This document shows positions 16,260 through 20,000 of a stretch of DNA of 20,000 nt, piece after piece; positions within the stretch are counted from its first letter, which is position 1, and every line of letters starts with the position of its first letter. Both the position numbers and the translations under genes were made by a program. Origin of the DNA: an uncultured virus (IMG/VR IMGVR_UViG_2061766007_000968) (taxonomy: Duplodnaviria > Heunggongvirae > Uroviricota > Caudoviricetes); IMG/VR virus record IMGVR_UViG_2061766007_000968, positions 47,224 to 67,223 of that record, one strand, 5' to 3'. The notes below the pieces were generated by a model, which was not told the DNA's origin, made no database searches, and was given only the letters and a program-made list of their open reading frames with translations.

Positions 16260-19200
16260 ATGATTCCAGCGATAACAGAAGTCAATTTCCCGTCCTATGC
16301 GACACTGCATCAGGCGACCGTATCCCTTCAGGACATGGGCGACCGCGTCATCTCGACGCAGGTGAGGATCGACGGCGATGTGGTGCCGGACTTCAGCGGC
16401 TGGGAACTCCGTTTCAAAGGCGAGCGGTTCGTCCTTCCGAGCGACAACCCGCAGGCGATGAAGGACAACACTACGAGGAATTCTCTCGTCGACCTGCAGT
16501 TCCAGTCTTGGGCGATACAGGAGCTGAAGAGATATTACTTCTTCGAGGCCGCTTCCGTTTCTGCCGGAGTGGCAATTGCTGACAAATATGTTGCACCAGT
16601 CCGTCTAAATGTCGAGGACTTCGTGGCCATGCTCAACGATGTCCTGGACTACTACTTCGATGGGAAGATTGTGGCAGACCTTTACCTCTCCGGGACGGGA
16701 ATCTACTCCCAGGAGAAGAAGGATATGGAAATCAACTATTCCTATCTGTGGGAGGTCATCGGCAAGGTCTTTGAGGTCTACGGCGTACGGAATGTCATCG
16801 AGTACGACTCGACGAACGATGTCTATACAATCAAGTTCGGCTATCCCGCTGACGAGATAGACGACCACACCTTCGAATACGGCTATCAGGGCGGTCTGCT
16901 TAAATTCGAGCGCCAGGTGCAGGATGAGACAATCTCGAATATCCTTCTTGGTCGCGGCGGTGAGAAGAATCTTCCGTACCGCTATTTCAAGGCAATCGAT
17001 CCGCAGAACCCGGAGTGGGCGGCGGACCCGGACGCGATTCCGGAGTTGGCCAACATCTATTTCGACCGCCTACGCGACATCAATTTCCGTCGCTATGTTC
17101 AGGGATGGCGGACGAATCCCAACCGCGACACGTCGTGGGAGGCAGTCCAAACCTATGACGCCGCTCGTGGAGCAACCGACTGGGCATACAAGAAAGGCCA
17201 CGAGGACGAAAAATTCTCGCCCGTGGAATATGTCAAGGATGACGAATCCATCGCCGCATACGGCGAGCACTGGGGAGCTCTGGATGACAACGACGAAATC
17301 TACCCGACCATACAGGGAAGGAGCAGGTCGGGGCTTGGCCGTATCGACGAGGTCGTCGCGGTTTCCCCGATTATAACCGACGACATCCAGGCGATGGCCC
17401 AGGCTTCGGCCGTCGAGAAGAGCATCAGCCCTCTGACGGTTTCCAAGTACGGAAGCACGGAGACGACCCACACCATAGAATCGGAGGAATTCACGATTCC
17501 AGACGGCTCGACGGGAAACATCACATACGCGTGGGTCGACAAGGCTACTCTCTACGCGGGTAATGTATACTGCGATACCGTAAATTCCTCATTGGTAGCA
17601 GTTTCCTCTACGGACGGGACTGAACTTCCGATTTCCGGCATCCCCGCCGGAACTTACCGGCTGAGATTGCGGCTCGTGATTCGCATCGACAGCCCCGCAA
17701 CCTCGGCGACCGGCACTTTCGGTCTTGAGAACATCGTGCTGAAAACATCTGCACAGGATGACGAGGCTTGGAAGCCTACCTTCGACATCTGGGTCAAGGA
17801 CATTTGGGGTATTGAAAGGGAGCAGGGAGAGTCCGATGTGCAGTACGCTATGCGCGTATGGGAGCCGATTCTCGGAGACAGAGTCGGAAACGAGGCGAAG
17901 GTGGTGTTCTCGACGGGATTTATGGCCGTGTCCGAGGACTATGAATTCACTATCGCGGATTATCCCGTACCGGATACTACGAAGACGCTGAACGGCGTTC
18001 CTTCCGCGTGGCGCATTACGCTTCGGAAGTCCGACGCGGAGTATGACGCGACTGGGCTGTACATTCCGAACAATTCGACGGGAGGCAAGCCGATTGCGGG
18101 AGATAAGTTCTTCTTCACGGGGATTGATATGCCCCACCTGTATGTCACTCTTGCGGAAGAGGAGTTAAATACATTCAAGTCTGCCCAACTGCAGGACACT
18201 GCCGCCGTCAATCCGACCTGGGTCATCTCGCTCGACAAAGTCCGCGTCCATACGCTCGAGGACGGCGAGTACGGGCAGACGCTTGCCGAACGGCTTGCTG
18301 CTGGTGCGAAGCTTAGAGTTTCAGATCCGCGCTTCTCCGGCGGTGACATCTTGACGCTGCACGCACAGTCCGTTACATACACTTGGAACGAGCCGAGCGA
18401 CGGAAGCCCGTATATCGTTCCGGACATCGAGGTCGTGCTTTCCGACCAGGTCGTGTCCAGGGAATCGCGGGTAGACAAGATACAGAGTTCCGTCGACCAG
18501 ATTAAATCGCAATACGCCAGGGTGTCTGATGTTGAGTCTGTCGTACGGAAGGTCGCCGAGCCGATGTTCCTGAAGAAGACCGGCGAAAGCGACTCCTCCG
18601 AATCACCCACCCAATTCGCAAGCAAGGTTACCTCTCGCGGATTCCGTCAAGGCGGCGTAGGAGGCACGGGATGGGGATTCTACAGGGACAACACTGAGGA
18701 CTTTGCCGAAGGAGAGGATGGCGAGGGTGACACTGTTCTCGAGGTCGACCGTATGGTCGTCCGCAAGGAGATGCAGGTCAACTCCTTGGTCGTCAACCAA
18801 GTCGAGTATCGAGGCGGGATGGAGATCATCTCAGCCGCGAAGATTGAAATCTCCAAGGTAATAGAAACATCGTCGAGATACATCTGCTATTTCGACCAGC
18901 GCCAGAACTCCGTGGCGAACAACTTTGTCGTCGGGGACATCGCTTACGGGCAGGTCTTCACGCCGCAGAACAGCTCGCTCCGGTATTACAAGTGCCGTGT
19001 TGAAGCGGTGGATGTCGACCGGATTGAGCTCTCCAAGACCGTAAAGGACGGCGCTGGAGTACCGCAGGCGGGTGATGTCGTCGTGCAGTACGGCAACTAC
19101 ACGAATGCGTCGAGGCAGTATGTCATCGTCAGAGATGTCGTCGGTGGCGGTTACGAGCGGATGATTTCCGATTTGGATTCCGTGGATGCGGACGGCGAAG

Positions 19201-20000
19201 AATATTATTTCGCGGGACGGCAGAACGGGCAGAACCCGAGGTGGTTCGTCGGAGATGCTGCAGGCGAGTACGCTGAATGGAAGAACGGTCTTTTGAACAT
19301 CAAGGGCCGCCTGACGGTGCTGAACGACCAGGGCGCGTACGTGGCGATGGATTCGTACATGAACGCCGTCAGCCAGAAGTTCGATGAACAACAGGCGCAG
19401 ATCGACGGGCAGACCCAGTCCTGGGCGAGCGGCGATGCGCCGGCCGCGCAGACGAAGCCGTACCCGCTGTGGGACGAGCAGACCCAGCAGATCATCGGCA
19501 CGCCGAACTACCCGTATACGCGGTGGGCGGACGATACCGAGCGCGCCAAGCACGTCGGCGACACCTATGTGGACGACACCACCGGGCAGAGCTACCGCCT
19601 CACGAAGAAGACGACCGGCGGTACCACGGTCTACTACTGGACGCGCATCACCGACGAGGAGGTGTCGCAGGCCATCTCCACGGCACAGCAGGCTTACGCC
19701 GCCGCCGAGGGCCTGCAGTACCTGAAGGCCGCGACGAACGAAGGGACGCTGGTGGATGGCGGTCTGGTGCTGACCAGCATGATCCAGCTCGGCTACACGC
19801 CTCAGGGCGGCTCCTATACCGTGATGTCCGGCATCAACGGCAAGCCGAACACGCAGTTGCAGGATCCCACGAAGAGCATCGCGGCTTGGTTCGGCGGGCC
19901 GATGGTAGACCACGAGACCTACCCTGCGGTTCTGGACTACGCGAAATCCCTGTTCCGCATGGACGGCTCGGGATACCTTGCCGGCGGGAACATCGGCTGG
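16260..20000 (+). CDS. Large tail tip/baseplate hub-central fibre protein (partial, at least 1247 aa, runs off window)
   Basis: ATG at 16260 (MIPAITEVNFPSYATL...). The same frame reads sensibly in every segment I translated (GRGGEKNLPYRYF, EIYPTIQG, GFRQGGVGGTGWGFY, LEVDRMVVRK, PQAGDVVVQYGN) and at the end (..GYLAGGNIGW). Its absence from the track is consistent with no stop in the window. Confidence 0.85.
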   Translation, partial: MIPAITEVNFPSYATLHQATVSLQDMGDRVISTQVRIDGDVVPDFSGWELRFKGERFVLPSDNPQAMKDNTTRNSLVDLQFQSWAIQELKRYYFFEAASVSAGVAIADKYVAPVRLNVEDFVAMLNDVLDYYFDGKIVADLYLSGTGIYSQEKKDMEINYSYLWEVIGKVFEVYGVRNVIEYDSTNDVYTIKFGYPADEIDDHTFEYGYQGGLLKFERQVQDETISNILLGRGGEKNLPYRYFKAIDPQNPEWAADPDAIPELANIYFDRLRDINFRRYVQGWRTNPNRDTSWEAVQTYDAARGATDWAYKKGHEDEKFSPVEYVKDDESIAAYGEHWGALDDNDEIYPTIQGRSRSGLGRIDEVVAVSPIITDDIQAMAQASAVEKSISPLTVSKYGSTETTHTIESEEFTIPDGSTGNITYAWVDKATLYAGNVYCDTVNSSLVAVSSTDGTELPISGIPAGTYRLRLRLVIRIDSPATSATGTFGLENIVLKTSAQDDEAWKPTFDIWVKDIWGIEREQGESDVQYAMRVWEPILGDRVGNEAKVVFSTGFMAVSEDYEFTIADYPVPDTTKTLNGVPSAWRITLRKSDAEYDATGLYIPNNSTGGKPIAGDKFFFTGIDMPHLYVTLAEEELNTFKSAQLQDTAAVNPTWVISLDKVRVHTLEDGEYGQTLAERLAAGAKLRVSDPRFSGGDILTLHAQSVTYTWNEPSDGSPYIVPDIEVVLSDQVVSRESRVDKIQSSVDQIKSQYARVSDVESVVRKVAEPMFLKKTGESDSSESPTQFASKVTSRGFRQGGVGGTGWGFYRDNTEDFAEGEDGEGDTVLEVDRMVVRKEMQVNSLVVNQVEYRGGMEIISAAKIEISKVIETSSRYICYFDQRQNSVANNFVVGDIAYGQVFTPQNSSLRYYKCRVEAVDVDRIELSKTVKDGAGVPQAGDVVVQYGNYTNASRQYVIVRDVVGGGYERMISDLDSVDADGEEYYFAGRQNGQNPRWFVGDAAGEYAEWKNGLLNIKGRLTVLNDQGAYVAMDSYMNAVSQKFDEQQAQIDGQTQSWASGDAPAAQTKPYPLWDEQTQQIIGTPNYPYTRWADDTERAKHVGDTYVDDTTGQSYRLTKKTTGGTTVYYWTRITDEEVSQAISTAQQAYAAAEGLQYLKAATNEGTLVDGGLVLTSMIQLGYTPQGGSYTVMSGINGKPNTQLQDPTKSIAAWFGGPMVDHETYPAVLDYAKSLFRMDGSGYLAGGNIGW

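Larger units (their letters stand above)
1..20000 (+). mobile_element. Caudoviricetes (siphovirus-type) phage/prophage structural module, probable Bacteroidota host
   Basis: Complete canonical head-neck-tail gene order, TAnnTTTG promoters, and no host genes in the window. Prophage versus free phage cannot be decided here. Confidence 0.9.

Noticed and set aside
18831..19913. 360-aa minus-strand ORF, plus other small ORFs in 16605-19725
   Set aside because: Antisense or alternative-frame shadows of the GC3-rich tail tip gene; Arg/Gly/Leu-rich and not protein-like.
1..20000. Genome-wide TAG reassignment (code 15) as in some gut phages
   Set aside because: Long genes (1810 aa, at least 1247 aa) are intact in the standard code, and TAG appears only at plausible gene ends, several followed by hairpins.
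1..20000. CRISPR array, tRNA, DGR template/variable repeats, invertible segments, introns/inteins
   Set aside because: None recognised by eye. Intergenic spaces are about 110 bp or less, and the terminase, portal and capsid sizes leave no obvious room for insertions. A self dot-plot would be needed to exclude diverged repeats.

Overview
The window is one co-oriented (+ strand) virion morphogenesis module of a tailed dsDNA phage or prophage. It has siphovirus-type architecture (no sheath gene seen). Gene order: terminase large subunit, portal, scaffold, head decoration, major capsid, four head-tail joining/completion genes, major tail protein, tail assembly chaperone G/GT, 1810-aa tape measure, two small non-canonical genes, distal-tail-like gene, then a very large tail tip ORF (16260 to past the window end) that the ORF track omits. 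Three TATATTTG elements match the Bacteroidota housekeeping -7 promoter consensus (TAnnTTTG), and most starts have AT-rich leaders without a Shine-Dalgarno, suggesting a Bacteroidota host (inference). The best-supported non-obvious signals are: (1) a programmed -1 frameshift site GGGTTTT at 8939-8945 with about 50 dual-coding codons; (2) a terminator overlapping a promoter after the tape measure gene, driving a probably leaderless unknown gene plus a single-TM Cys-rich gene inside the tail module; (3) a compositionally distinct module in the tail tip gene. Product calls rest on motifs recognised by eye and on synteny; no database search was run. I see no clear evidence of a wholly new system; the candidates are listed as findings.
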